Shown: positions 8,570-18,475 of the stretch, piece after piece | Position numbering within the stretch: the first letter of the stretch is position 1 | Layout: each line of letters starts with the position of its first letter | Assembly: GCA_039916325.1 (NCBI GenBank) | Contig: JBDSLP010000168.1 | Span: forward strand, 1,100-65,099 | Direction: 5' to 3' | DNA from: Nakamurella sp. | GTDB lineage: Bacteria; Actinomycetota; Actinomycetes; Mycobacteriales; Nakamurellaceae | DNA length: 64,000 nt | Program-made: the position numbers and the translations under genes | The notes under the pieces: generated by a model | Told to the model about the DNA's origin: nothing | Database searches by the model: none | Seen by the model: the letters and a program-made list of their open reading frames with translations, nothing else

Positions 8570-9712
8570 GTGGATGACCGGGAGACACCGCTGACGGAAC
8601 GACCGTCGCTGCTGTCCCGCCTGGGGGGTCGGCCGGACTACACCCGCAACCTGACCGTCGCCGAGGCCGCGTCGCTTCTCACACCCATGCGCAGGGGCAT
8701 TGCCGTGTCGTGCTGGGCCTACGGCGTCGGCGTGCTGCTGATGATGTTGTCGCCGTCCGGTCCGGCCACCGGGTTCGCGACCGGCTACCTGGCCGGCGTC
8801 GGCGTGGTCAGTCTGATCCTGGGCCTGCTCTGGTGGCGGGGGGGCTGGCCACCGGCCTCCGTGTCGCTGGCGTTCCTGCTGTACAGCGAGTTCTCCCACA
8901 CCGGGGTGCTGCTGTTGACCCACAGCCCGATGCTGGCGCTCATCGCCACCCTCTGGTTCGCCCTGATCGGCGAGCACATCACCATCGCGCACGGTCGGCG
9001 GGCGGTGGGCCTGCACGCGCTGTGGGCACTGGCCAACATCGCATTCTTCGCGACCCTGGCGTCGCAGCGGAGCAACGCCACGGTCACGCTCATCGTCTAC
9101 GTTGCGCTGGCCCTGGTCGGGCTGATCGTGGCGATCCCGATCTTCCGGCAGTTGACCGCGGACGCTCTTCGCGACGACTCGCGGCGGACGGCCGCACTGG
9201 CCGAGCGGGACTCCCTGACCGCCCTGCTGAATCACCGCGGAATGTACGCGGCGCTGCCGACCCTGCTCGCGGCCGGCCGCCGGCAGGACGAGCAGCTGGC
9301 CATCGTGGTGATCGACCTCGATCGCTTCAAGGACGTCAACGACCGGTACGGGCACCACCGCGGCGACCAGGTGCTCACGTTGGTCGCCGCCCGGCTGGCC
9401 GGCGGCGTCCGACGTGGCGCGATCGTCGCCCGGACCGGCGGTGAGGAGTTCATCGTCATCGACACCGTCGCCCCCTACGGGGCCACGGCGCTGGCCCACC
9501 GCCTCCTCGACGCGATCCACCAACCGGACGACGACGTCCCGGTCACCGCCAGCGTCGGGGTGTCCAGCGTGCCGTTGCGCGAGGTCGCGGTGGAGCGGTT
9601 GACGGAGAACGTCCAAGAGCTCATCCGGCTCTCGGACCTGACCATGTACGACGCCAAACGCGACGGCGGCAACCGGGTCCGGGTGTCCGACCCGACCGGC
9701 TCCGGGAGCTGA
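8570..9712 (+). CDS. Membrane-bound diguanylate cyclase (GGDEF), paralog 1
   Basis: Multi-TM N-terminal half, then RDSLTALLNHRG...DLDRFKDVNDRYGH..GD...ARTGGEEF. Start is GTG 8570 or ATG 8687. Confidence 0.8.
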   Translation: MDDRETPLTERPSLLSRLGGRPDYTRNLTVAEAASLLTPMRRGIAVSCWAYGVGVLLMMLSPSGPATGFATGYLAGVGVVSLILGLLWWRGGWPPASVSLAFLLYSEFSHTGVLLLTHSPMLALIATLWFALIGEHITIAHGRRAVGLHALWALANIAFFATLASQRSNATVTLIVYVALALVGLIVAIPIFRQLTADALRDDSRRTAALAERDSLTALLNHRGMYAALPTLLAAGRRQDEQLAIVVIDLDRFKDVNDRYGHHRGDQVLTLVAARLAGGVRRGAIVARTGGEEFIVIDTVAPYGATALAHRLLDAIHQPDDDVPVTASVGVSSVPLREVAVERLTENVQELIRLSDLTMYDAKRDGGNRVRVSDPTGSGS

Positions 9713-9844
9713 CGTGCGACCCGCGGCGGTCCGGGTGACCAGGTGCCATCGCCGCGACGGGCTCACTCTGCGATCATCAACGACCAGTCGGTGTGCCTGG
9801 TCGCGCACTTCCGCGGTGTCGACGCGCCGGGTGCGCCCGCGGCT

Positions 9845-9880
9845 ACCGAGAACACCGAGAACGCCGAGAACACCGAGAAC
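9845..9880. repeat. Tandem 9-bp repeat (A/G)CCGAGAAC x4
   Basis: accgagaac accgagaac gccgagaac accgagaac read directly, in the gap between the two GGDEF genes, about 30 nt upstream of the second start. Confidence 0.9.
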
Positions 9881-9913
9881 TGACCAGTCCGAGGATGCCT
9901 GACGGGAGCGGTG

Positions 9914-11194
9914 ATGAGTGAGACCGCCCGGTCCGGTGCCGGACCCGACGGGGCGGAGGGACGCCCCGGCCGCTCCGGGCGTCTTCGCGGGTGGCGTTCG
10001 TCGACGTACCGACACCACCTCGCCGTCGCCGACGCCCAGCACATCCTGCGGGCCATCGGCCGCTTCGTGGCGTTGAGTTGCCTGCTGCTCAGCGCAGGTT
10101 CGGTGCTGCTGATCTTCGTCCCCGGCGGTCCGGCCTCGACCCCGGAACGGGTGGCCACCGTTCTGGTGGCCACCGCCGCCGCCGTCGCGGCCGGGCTCTG
10201 GTGGGTCCGCGGCTGGCCGCGTGAGCGCACCTCGATCGGCTTTGTGCTGGCCGCCGAGGTGGGCCACGGCATCGTCCTGTTCAGCTGTGCCGACCCCGTC
10301 GTGTCGCTGCTCGCCGCCACCTGGTTCTTCCTGCTCGGCGACTACCTGACCTTCGCCCACGGCCGCCGCGCGCTGGTCGCGCACTGCGTCTGGGTGAAGG
10401 TCAACCTGCTGTTCTACGGCACGCTGGCCCTCCTCGAACCCGACGCCGATGTCGGATTCGTGCTGTTCTTGGTGGTGGGGCTGACCGCGACGCTGATCGT
10501 CACCCGACTGTTCGGTCAGGTCTTCTCCGACGCGTTGCGGTCCGACAGCGCCCGCAGCGCCGAACTGGCCCATCGCGACCCGATGACCCAGCTGCTGAAC
10601 CGCCGCGGGCTCGAGGTGGCCGCGCCTCGGCTGTTCGCCCAGGCCCGCGTGGACAATGCGGTGACCGCGGTCTTCCTCATCGACGTGGACCGATTCAAGT
10701 TGGTCAACGACCGGCACGGGCATCTGACGGGTGACACCGTGCTCACGTTGCTCGCCGACCGGCTGGGGAACTCGGTGCGCAAGGACGGTCTGGTGGCGCG
10801 GACCGGCGGCGAGGAGTTCGTCGTGCTCGACCGGGTGCACGCCGACGGAATCGCCTCGATGGCCGAGCGGCTGCGCGCCACCTGCCACCGGGCCGACGAC
10901 GAGGTTCCGGTGACGGTGTCACTGGGGGCGGTGGGGGTGGCCGGTGACGACTTCTCCGTCACCGACCCGGCAGCGCTGCTGGCCGACCTGATCAGTCGCG
11001 CCGACACGGCGATGTACGCCGCCAAGAAACGCGGCGGCGACCAGGTCGAGCTGGATGTCCCGCGCCCCGACGCGCCGGCGCACCCCGTCGGCGGCGCGGG
11101 AAGCGGGCCCACCCCGGACCAGATCTTCGACACCGTGATGGCCGCCCGCAACGGCGTCGGCCGCCACGTCGCCGAGGACCCCGAGCCGAAGTGA
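9914..11194 (+). CDS. Membrane-bound diguanylate cyclase (GGDEF), paralog 2
   Basis: Same architecture as 8570..9712 (LWWVRGWP / FAHGRRAL TM-domain motifs shared). DVDRFKLVNDRHGH..GD...ARTGGEEF. gggag lies upstream of ATG 9914. Confidence 0.85.
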   Translation: MSETARSGAGPDGAEGRPGRSGRLRGWRSSTYRHHLAVADAQHILRAIGRFVALSCLLLSAGSVLLIFVPGGPASTPERVATVLVATAAAVAAGLWWVRGWPRERTSIGFVLAAEVGHGIVLFSCADPVVSLLAATWFFLLGDYLTFAHGRRALVAHCVWVKVNLLFYGTLALLEPDADVGFVLFLVVGLTATLIVTRLFGQVFSDALRSDSARSAELAHRDPMTQLLNRRGLEVAAPRLFAQARVDNAVTAVFLIDVDRFKLVNDRHGHLTGDTVLTLLADRLGNSVRKDGLVARTGGEEFVVLDRVHADGIASMAERLRATCHRADDEVPVTVSLGAVGVAGDDFSVTDPAALLADLISRADTAMYAAKKRGGDQVELDVPRPDAPAHPVGGAGSGPTPDQIFDTVMAARNGVGRHVAEDPEPK

Positions 11195-11304
11195 CCGGCG
11201 GGCAGTCGGTGGTCCCGGCGCTCCCGTCGGCGGTCGGCGGTCGGCGGGCGCACAGTAGGCTCGCCCCGCCGAGTCCCCGGGGACCGCGGCGGCGAGGGAG
11301 ATCG

Positions 11305-12491
11305 ATGACGAACAACGCGGACCGCCGGTCCGACGGGCCCCTCGGCGACATCGTGGTCGTCGACCTGACCCGCGCGCTGGCCGGACCGCACGCGGCCATG
11401 ATGCTGGGTGACCTGGGCGCCCGGGTGATCAAGATCGAGACGCCCGGCAGCGGCGACGACACCCGCGGCTGGGGACCGCCGTTCGTCGGACCCGAGCACG
11501 ACATCTCCACGTACTTCCTGTCCTGCAACCGCAACAAGGAGTCCATCGCACTGGACCTGAAGTCGGCGACCGGTCAGGCCGCGCTGACCGAATTGGTGCG
11601 GCGCAGTGACGTCCTGCTGGAGAACTTCCGCCCCGGCGTGCTGGCCCGGCTCGGCTTCTCCACCGAACGGCTGGCCGAGCTCAATCCGCGGCTGGTGGTC
11701 CTGTCGATCTCCGGTTTCGGGGCCGACGGCCCCGAGGGTGGCCGCCCCGGATACGACCAGATCGCCCAGGGTGAGGCCGGCTTGATGTCCATGACCGGGC
11801 CGGACTCCGACACCCCGACCAAGGTGGGCGTCCCGATCGGCGACCTGCTGGCCGGGATGTACGGCGCCTACGGGGTGCTGGCCAAGCTGCACGAACGAAC
11901 CTCCACCGGACGCGGCGGGTTGGTCAGCACATCGCTGCTGGCGTCCATCGTCGGGGTGCACGCCTTCCAGGGCACGCGGTGGACGGTGGCCGGCGAGATC
12001 CCGGTCGGCGAGGGCCCGCACCATCCATCGATCTGCCCGTACGGCCTGTTCCACTCCAGCGACGGCATCGTGCAGATCTCGGTGGGCTCGCCGGGGCTGT
12101 GGACGAAGTTCGCGGCGGCGTTCGGGCTGCCCCTCGACTCTCCCGGGTTCGCCACGAACGGGGACCGGGTGCGCAACTCCACCGCGGTCAAGGCGGCGGT
12201 CGAGCAGTCTTTCGCGGCGTACACCACGGTCGAGCTGCTGGCCTCGCTGGCCGCCATGGGGGTGCCGAGCGGCCAGGTGAAGAACCTGCAGCAGGTCTAC
12301 GAGTGGGACCAGACCCGCTCGCAGGGACTGTTGATCGAGGTCGACCACGCCGAGCTCGGGCCGGTCGAGTTACCCGGTCCGCCGCTGCGGTTCTTCGACT
12401 CCGACGGGGACGAGTGGCACCGCGCCCACACCGCACCACCCACGTTGGGTCAACACACCACCGAGGTCCTGGAGTGGTTGGGGGTACAGCC

Positions 12492-12495
<4 letters not shown>
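11305..12495 (+). CDS. Family III CoA-transferase (CaiB/BaiF family)
   Basis: PLGDIVVVDLTRALAGPHAAMMLGDLGARVIKIE...GDDTRGWGPP is the typical N-terminus. gggag RBS before ATG 11305. Confidence 0.85.
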
Positions 12496-14272
<1,777 letters not shown>

Positions 14273-14324
14273 TGCTTGCTCTGAGCCCGGTTCTGACTCG
14301 GGTCGGGACGACCAGAGTTCGGGA

Positions 14325-15407
14325 TCAGACCGGGTGCGGCGCCGCGTGGGCTGCCGGAACGACCTCGGACGGGATCGGCGGACCGGGCGGAGTGCCGTCG
14401 CCGAACGGCCGACCGCGTAGCTCCGCGCGGTGGTGTGGCTGCCACCAGTTCGTCAGGTCCGGCACGGCCGGCACGATCCCGGTGGGATTGATGTCGGTGT
14501 GGACGATGTAGTAGTGCTGCTTGATCTGTACGAAGTCGGTGGTGTCTCCGAACCCGGGAGTCTGGAACAGGTCCCGCGCGTAGGCCCACAGCACCGGCAT
14601 TTCCGACAGCTTGGAGCGGTTGGCCTTGAAGTGACCGTGGTACACCGGGTCGAAACGCGCCAGGGTGGTGAACAGGAAGACGTCGGCCTGGGTGATCGTG
14701 TCACCGACCAGGAACCGCTGCTTCGACAACCGTTCGGTGAGCCAGTCGAGCCGGGCGAACAACCGGTCGTAGGCGCTGTCGTAGCTGGCCTGGGAGCCGG
14801 CGAAACCGCACCGGTAGACACCGTTGTTCACTTCGGTGTAGTTGCGGTGGGCGACCTCGTCGATCTCGTCGCGCAGGCGCTCCGGGTAGAGGTCGGGGGC
14901 GCCCTCGCGGTGATACTGCGTCCACTCGGTGGAGAAGTCCAGGGTCATCTGTCGGTAGTCGTTGGTGACGACCTTCCCGGAGCTGACCTCGACCATGGCC
15001 GGCACCGTGATGCCACGCGGATACTCGGGGTCCCTGGCGAAGTAGGCCTGCTGCAGTCGCTCGATCCCCAGCACCGGGTCGACGCCACCGGGGTCGAGAT
15101 CGAACGTCCAGCTGCGCTTGTCGTGGGTCGGCCCGGTCAGACCCATCGAGATCACCGGCTCCAGCCCGAGCAGTCGACGGACGATGATCGACCGGTTCGC
15201 CCAGGGGCAGGCCCGCGCCACGATCAGCCGGTACCGGTCCGCTTCGACGGGGAAGCCGTCGCGTCCGTCGGCGGTGATGCGCGTGGTGATGTAGTTCGTG
15301 TCGCGGGAGAACTCGGTGCCCCCGGTGACGTAGGCACCCTTGGTGGAATTGCCGTTCGCCGCGGTGGATTTGTCGCTCGCCGCGGTGTCCGTCCTGGTGT
15401 CGCTCAT
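14325..15407 (-). CDS. Xi-class glutathionyl-hydroquinone reductase-like GST (YqjG/ECM4 family)
   Basis: 360 aa with GRYRLIVARACPWANR (CPWA active site) and a C-terminal GST fold. Confidence 0.8.
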   Translation of the reverse strand: MSDTRTDTAASDKSTAANGNSTKGAYVTGGTEFSRDTNYITTRITADGRDGFPVEADRYRLIVARACPWANRSIIVRRLLGLEPVISMGLTGPTHDKRSWTFDLDPGGVDPVLGIERLQQAYFARDPEYPRGITVPAMVEVSSGKVVTNDYRQMTLDFSTEWTQYHREGAPDLYPERLRDEIDEVAHRNYTEVNNGVYRCGFAGSQASYDSAYDRLFARLDWLTERLSKQRFLVGDTITQADVFLFTTLARFDPVYHGHFKANRSKLSEMPVLWAYARDLFQTPGFGDTTDFVQIKQHYYIVHTDINPTGIVPAVPDLTNWWQPHHRAELRGRPFGDGTPPGPPIPSEVVPAAHAAPHPV

Positions 15408-15472
15408 CAGCCTGCTCCGTCTCGTGGGTACACCCGACGGTAGTCGCCATCGGCGGCATTGGATGCGGATGC

Positions 15473-16099
15473 ATGGACATTACCGGGCAGGCCGCCACGC
15501 TGCAGATCATCTCGAGGGCAGCGTCATCCTTGGCCTGTATCGGGAGAGAACGTCGACGAACACATCTCGCTGGTGGCTGGCCCGGTGCCCACGTACGTCA
15601 GGCCCATGTGGCCGAGGCGGCCGAGACGGCCGGGATCAACAACGCGCTCGTCGACGGCGGATACGTCGACCGCGAGAACACCCATTTCCACGTCAACTCC
15701 GCCAGCCTGTGGGACCTGCCGGACGTGTGGGTGCCGATCGGCATCGCCGTCCCGGGCCGGCAGTCGCGCGAACTCGTCGGGCCGCTGGGCGACGGGATGA
15801 TGGCCATCGAGCCGGACCGGGACCTGGGGACGTGGTGGGACGCAGCCACCCGGCCGAACGCCCCGAGCCGTGAGGTCGCGCAGCTGCCGATCAGTGGGAC
15901 CGCGACGTGGACGCCGCGACCCGGCGGGCTCAGGAGCTGTTCCGTTGGAGCATGAGTGGGTGGAAGGTGAGCGCGGAGGTGCCCGGCGCCGCCGGGTTCA
16001 CCGATCTCGCCCTGGTCCAGATCCACCGGACCACCAGGACAGCTCTTCGCCGCAGCGACGGCGGAGATCCTTCCGGAGCTGAAAAAGCTGTGGAGCTGA
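15473..16099 (+). pseudogene. Decayed LLM-class F420-dependent oxidoreductase (fgd-like) remnant: 5'-truncated with multiple frameshifts
   Basis: Family-typical segments are spread over all three + frames: GQAATLQIIS / SVILGL / SGENVDEHIS / GGWPGAH...DGGYVDRENTHFHVNSASLWDLPDVWVPIGIAVPGRQSRELVGPLGDGMMAIEPDRDL / AQELFRWSMSGWKVSAEVPGAAGFTDLALVQI / AEILPELKKLWS-stop (TGA 16097-16099). They are collinear with Fgd (LGVGTGEALNE...AWPE...VPVYIAAGGP...AGDGFI). Confidence 0.65.
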
Positions 16100-16116
16100 G
16101 GCCTCCCTCATCGGCC

Positions 16117-17997
16117 TCAGCGGGGTCCGAAGCGGAGCTCGCCCGCCAGGAAGGCGCTGGCCATCCGCTGCTCCACCGAGCCCGGCTGTTGATAGTCACC
16201 ATGGGCGCCGACCGCGTCGAGGACGCCGTCCACCGCGCCCGTGATCCCGGTCAGGTCCCAGCGCCACAGCCCGTCGTCGGCGTCGCCGTAGGAACCGGTG
16301 ACGATGACCCTGGCCCCGAAGGCAGAGTCGTACGGGACCCCCGGGTGGGCCACGGTACTGGCCTGGATCGCGTCGTTGCGGTGCAGCATCGAGAGGACGC
16401 GGTCGCCCACCTCTTCGGGCGGGACACCGTCGAGGTGCAGATCGGTCACCGAACCCACCTCGAGGCCGACCGGCGCGATCAGCAGCAACCCGTCGGCAGC
16501 CAGCACGTTGCCCCCGGTGCTGGCTGCGGCGACGGTGAGGGCGCCGTAGCTGTGTCCGATCACCACGTTGCGTGACGGAGCTCCCTGATGCGCCACGCGC
16601 AGCCCCTGCTGGAACGCGACCAGCGCCGGCGCCCCGGCATCGGCGTAGGCGTCGTGAGCAGCCTCGATGACGTCGCGGGGCGAGTCGTATCCGAGCCAGA
16701 CGACACCGGCCGTCGATCGCGCGGTGAATTCCGCAGTCCCGTCGGCCCACGCCTGTACCCGGTCCAGTTCACCCCCGAGACCGCCCACGTCGCTGGCGGC
16801 ACCCGGCACGTAGGTGGCGACGTGGTCGGCGGTGTCAGGGTTACCGATCGACACCACCGCCCGCCCGCGGCCGGTCAGATCGGCGTCGAGTAGGTACAGC
16901 GGCTGCGACCGCGGCGACTCGAGCTCGCTCCGCACCAGGCCGATGGTGTCCTTCTCCCGATGCAGGGCACCGAGTGCCACCCCCCGCGCCAGTGCCGCGC
17001 CCCCGAGGAACACACCGGGATCCAGTGGGTCGATCTCGACACCGGCCAGCGCCGGATCGCCCGCGTCCAGCGCCGCCTGGATCTGCCCTTCGCGTCCGTC
17101 CAGGGCCAGCCGGTTGGCCTGGTCGCGGGCGGTGACCGGCAGGCCGTCCGTCGAACCGATCGCCCTGGGGTCCGCGTGCAGGACGGCCTGCTGCTCGGTC
17201 CAACTCCGGGACGTCCACCAGGCCGCCAGTGGTGCGGGGCCGCCCACCGGCGGCGGGAACGCGCCGGCCGTCGCGAGGGCGAAGGCCCGGGCGCTCTCCC
17301 CCAGGGCGGCCCAGCGGGTCTCGTCGGCGTCCGGCCCGGCGAAGCCCGAACGGAAATGGTCGTTGCCGACGAGGGTCCCGGTACCCAACACAGTGCCGAG
17401 ATCGGCGGGTACGACGCCTCGACCGGGCACGAAGACCAGCGCCCCACTGACGGTCGCCGTCAACGCCGACCGGCAGCTCAGAGTCAGGTCGTCGGCCCGG
17501 GTGAGCGAGGCTTGCCCACCGCGGACCGTCAGCCCGCGGCGGACGTCGGCGGCCCGTCGATGATCGGCCAGCACCGCATGCTGGGCCGGATCCGTCGTCA
17601 CCGAGAGCGCGTGATCCAGCGCGCGGACCGAACCTTCGTCCCGCCGCCAGTCGTATCGCAGCTGATCGACCATGACGCGGACGCCGCGGAGCCCGTCGGC
17701 ACCGCCGAACAGTGCGCTCCGGGCGCGGTAGAGCCTCTCGATCCCGTCGCCCAGCGCACGCCGGACTCGCTCCACCTCGGCGGAGCCGGCCCGGGCCGCG
17801 GTGCCGAGCCAGGCGTGCGGGAGTGCGGTCCGCACGCCGTCCATCACGTCGACGAGGGTGGCCAGCAGCAGGATCGCGGCGGTGATGCGGTCTGCGACGG
17901 CATCGACCGCGTCGGGTTCCTCTCCCGGGTAGGGGAGGGCGGCCACGGCTTCGGCGGCCGACACCGGGGACGCTGGCACGACGAGCCCAGCCGTCAC
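16117..17997 (-). CDS. DUF1023-type alpha/beta hydrolase with a long helical N-terminal region carrying a W-x-G motif
   Basis: C-terminal ...VATYVPGA...VVWLGYDSP...VIGHSYGAL (GxSxG nucleophile elbow). N-terminal ...DGVRTALPHAWLGTAARAG.... I chose GTG 17997, which forms a GTGA overlap with the upstream small gene. Confidence 0.75.
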   Translation of the reverse strand: MTAGLVVPASPVSAAEAVAALPYPGEEPDAVDAVADRITAAILLLATLVDVMDGVRTALPHAWLGTAARAGSAEVERVRRALGDGIERLYRARSALFGGADGLRGVRVMVDQLRYDWRRDEGSVRALDHALSVTTDPAQHAVLADHRRAADVRRGLTVRGGQASLTRADDLTLSCRSALTATVSGALVFVPGRGVVPADLGTVLGTGTLVGNDHFRSGFAGPDADETRWAALGESARAFALATAGAFPPPVGGPAPLAAWWTSRSWTEQQAVLHADPRAIGSTDGLPVTARDQANRLALDGREGQIQAALDAGDPALAGVEIDPLDPGVFLGGAALARGVALGALHREKDTIGLVRSELESPRSQPLYLLDADLTGRGRAVVSIGNPDTADHVATYVPGAASDVGGLGGELDRVQAWADGTAEFTARSTAGVVWLGYDSPRDVIEAAHDAYADAGAPALVAFQQGLRVAHQGAPSRNVVIGHSYGALTVAAASTGGNVLAADGLLLIAPVGLEVGSVTDLHLDGVPPEEVGDRVLSMLHRNDAIQASTVAHPGVPYDSAFGARVIVTGSYGDADDGLWRWDLTGITGAVDGVLDAVGAHGDYQQPGSVEQRMASAFLAGELRFGPR

Positions 17998-18296
17998 CGT
18001 GGGACACCCCGGAAGACCTGCCCAGCGGTGCTGTCGGCGGCGACGGTCGCCGTCACGGCATCGTCCATCCAGGTCGCGAGTTGGGCGAGATCGGCGACCA
18101 CGTCGGCCAGGACGTTCGCCCAACTCGCCGACAGGGCCTCGAGTGCGACGGTCAGCCGGAGCCCGACGGGCGGCGGCGGCAACCCGGCCGCCAGGTCGAC
18201 CAGCGCGACCCCGGCCTGCGCCGCCAGCTCGGATCCTTCCCGTATCGACGCCGCGACCCCCCGGACGCCGTCACCGAACATCTCGAAACCTGCCAT
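17994..18296 (-). CDS. Small (100-aa) helical protein, EspC/DUF2580- or WXG100-partner-like
   Basis: ATG 18296 is preceded by ggggga. MAGFEMFGDGVRGVAASIREGSELAAQAG...LSASWANVLADVVADLAQLATWMDDA. Its stop overlaps the start of the hydrolase gene. Confidence 0.55.
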   Translation of the reverse strand: MAGFEMFGDGVRGVAASIREGSELAAQAGVALVDLAAGLPPPPVGLRLTVALEALSASWANVLADVVADLAQLATWMDDAVTATVAADSTAGQVFRGVPR

Positions 18297-18415
18297 CTGT
18301 CCCCCTGCACCCCGACCGCCGATGACGCACACGGTAGGGGGAGGCGGCGGCTCGACCGCCAGTTGTCCACAGCCGACGGCCGAACCGGCCCTTGTGGACG
18401 GCTCAACCCGAAACC

Positions 18416-18452
18416 CGAGAACGGGAACGGCGTGTGGCCGTTCCCGTTCTCG
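18416..18452 (-). terminator. Intrinsic terminator after the NlpC/P60 gene
   Basis: Perfect 16-bp stem cgagaacgggaacggc / gccgttcccgttctcg with a 5-nt loop, 24 nt past the stop at 18476, followed on the minus strand by GGTTTCGGGTT. Confidence 0.7.
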
Positions 18453-18475
18453 CATGTCGTTGTCCGAAGAGGCGA

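Noticed and set aside
7475-10888. 1137-aa minus-strand ORF, the longest in this part of the window
   Set aside because: Only the last 298 codons (7475-8371) look like a real protein (quinone oxidoreductase). The rest is antisense to the two GGDEF genes, has an Arg/Gly/Pro-rich nonsense-like composition, and is the stop-poor antisense frame expected in high-GC DNA.
17998-18123. Upstream extension of the DUF1023 hydrolase ORF (ORF-track start at 18123)
   Set aside because: The extension ([32 protein letters not shown]...) is Arg-rich and overlaps the small upstream gene. GTG 17997, with a GTGA overlap, fits operon organisation.
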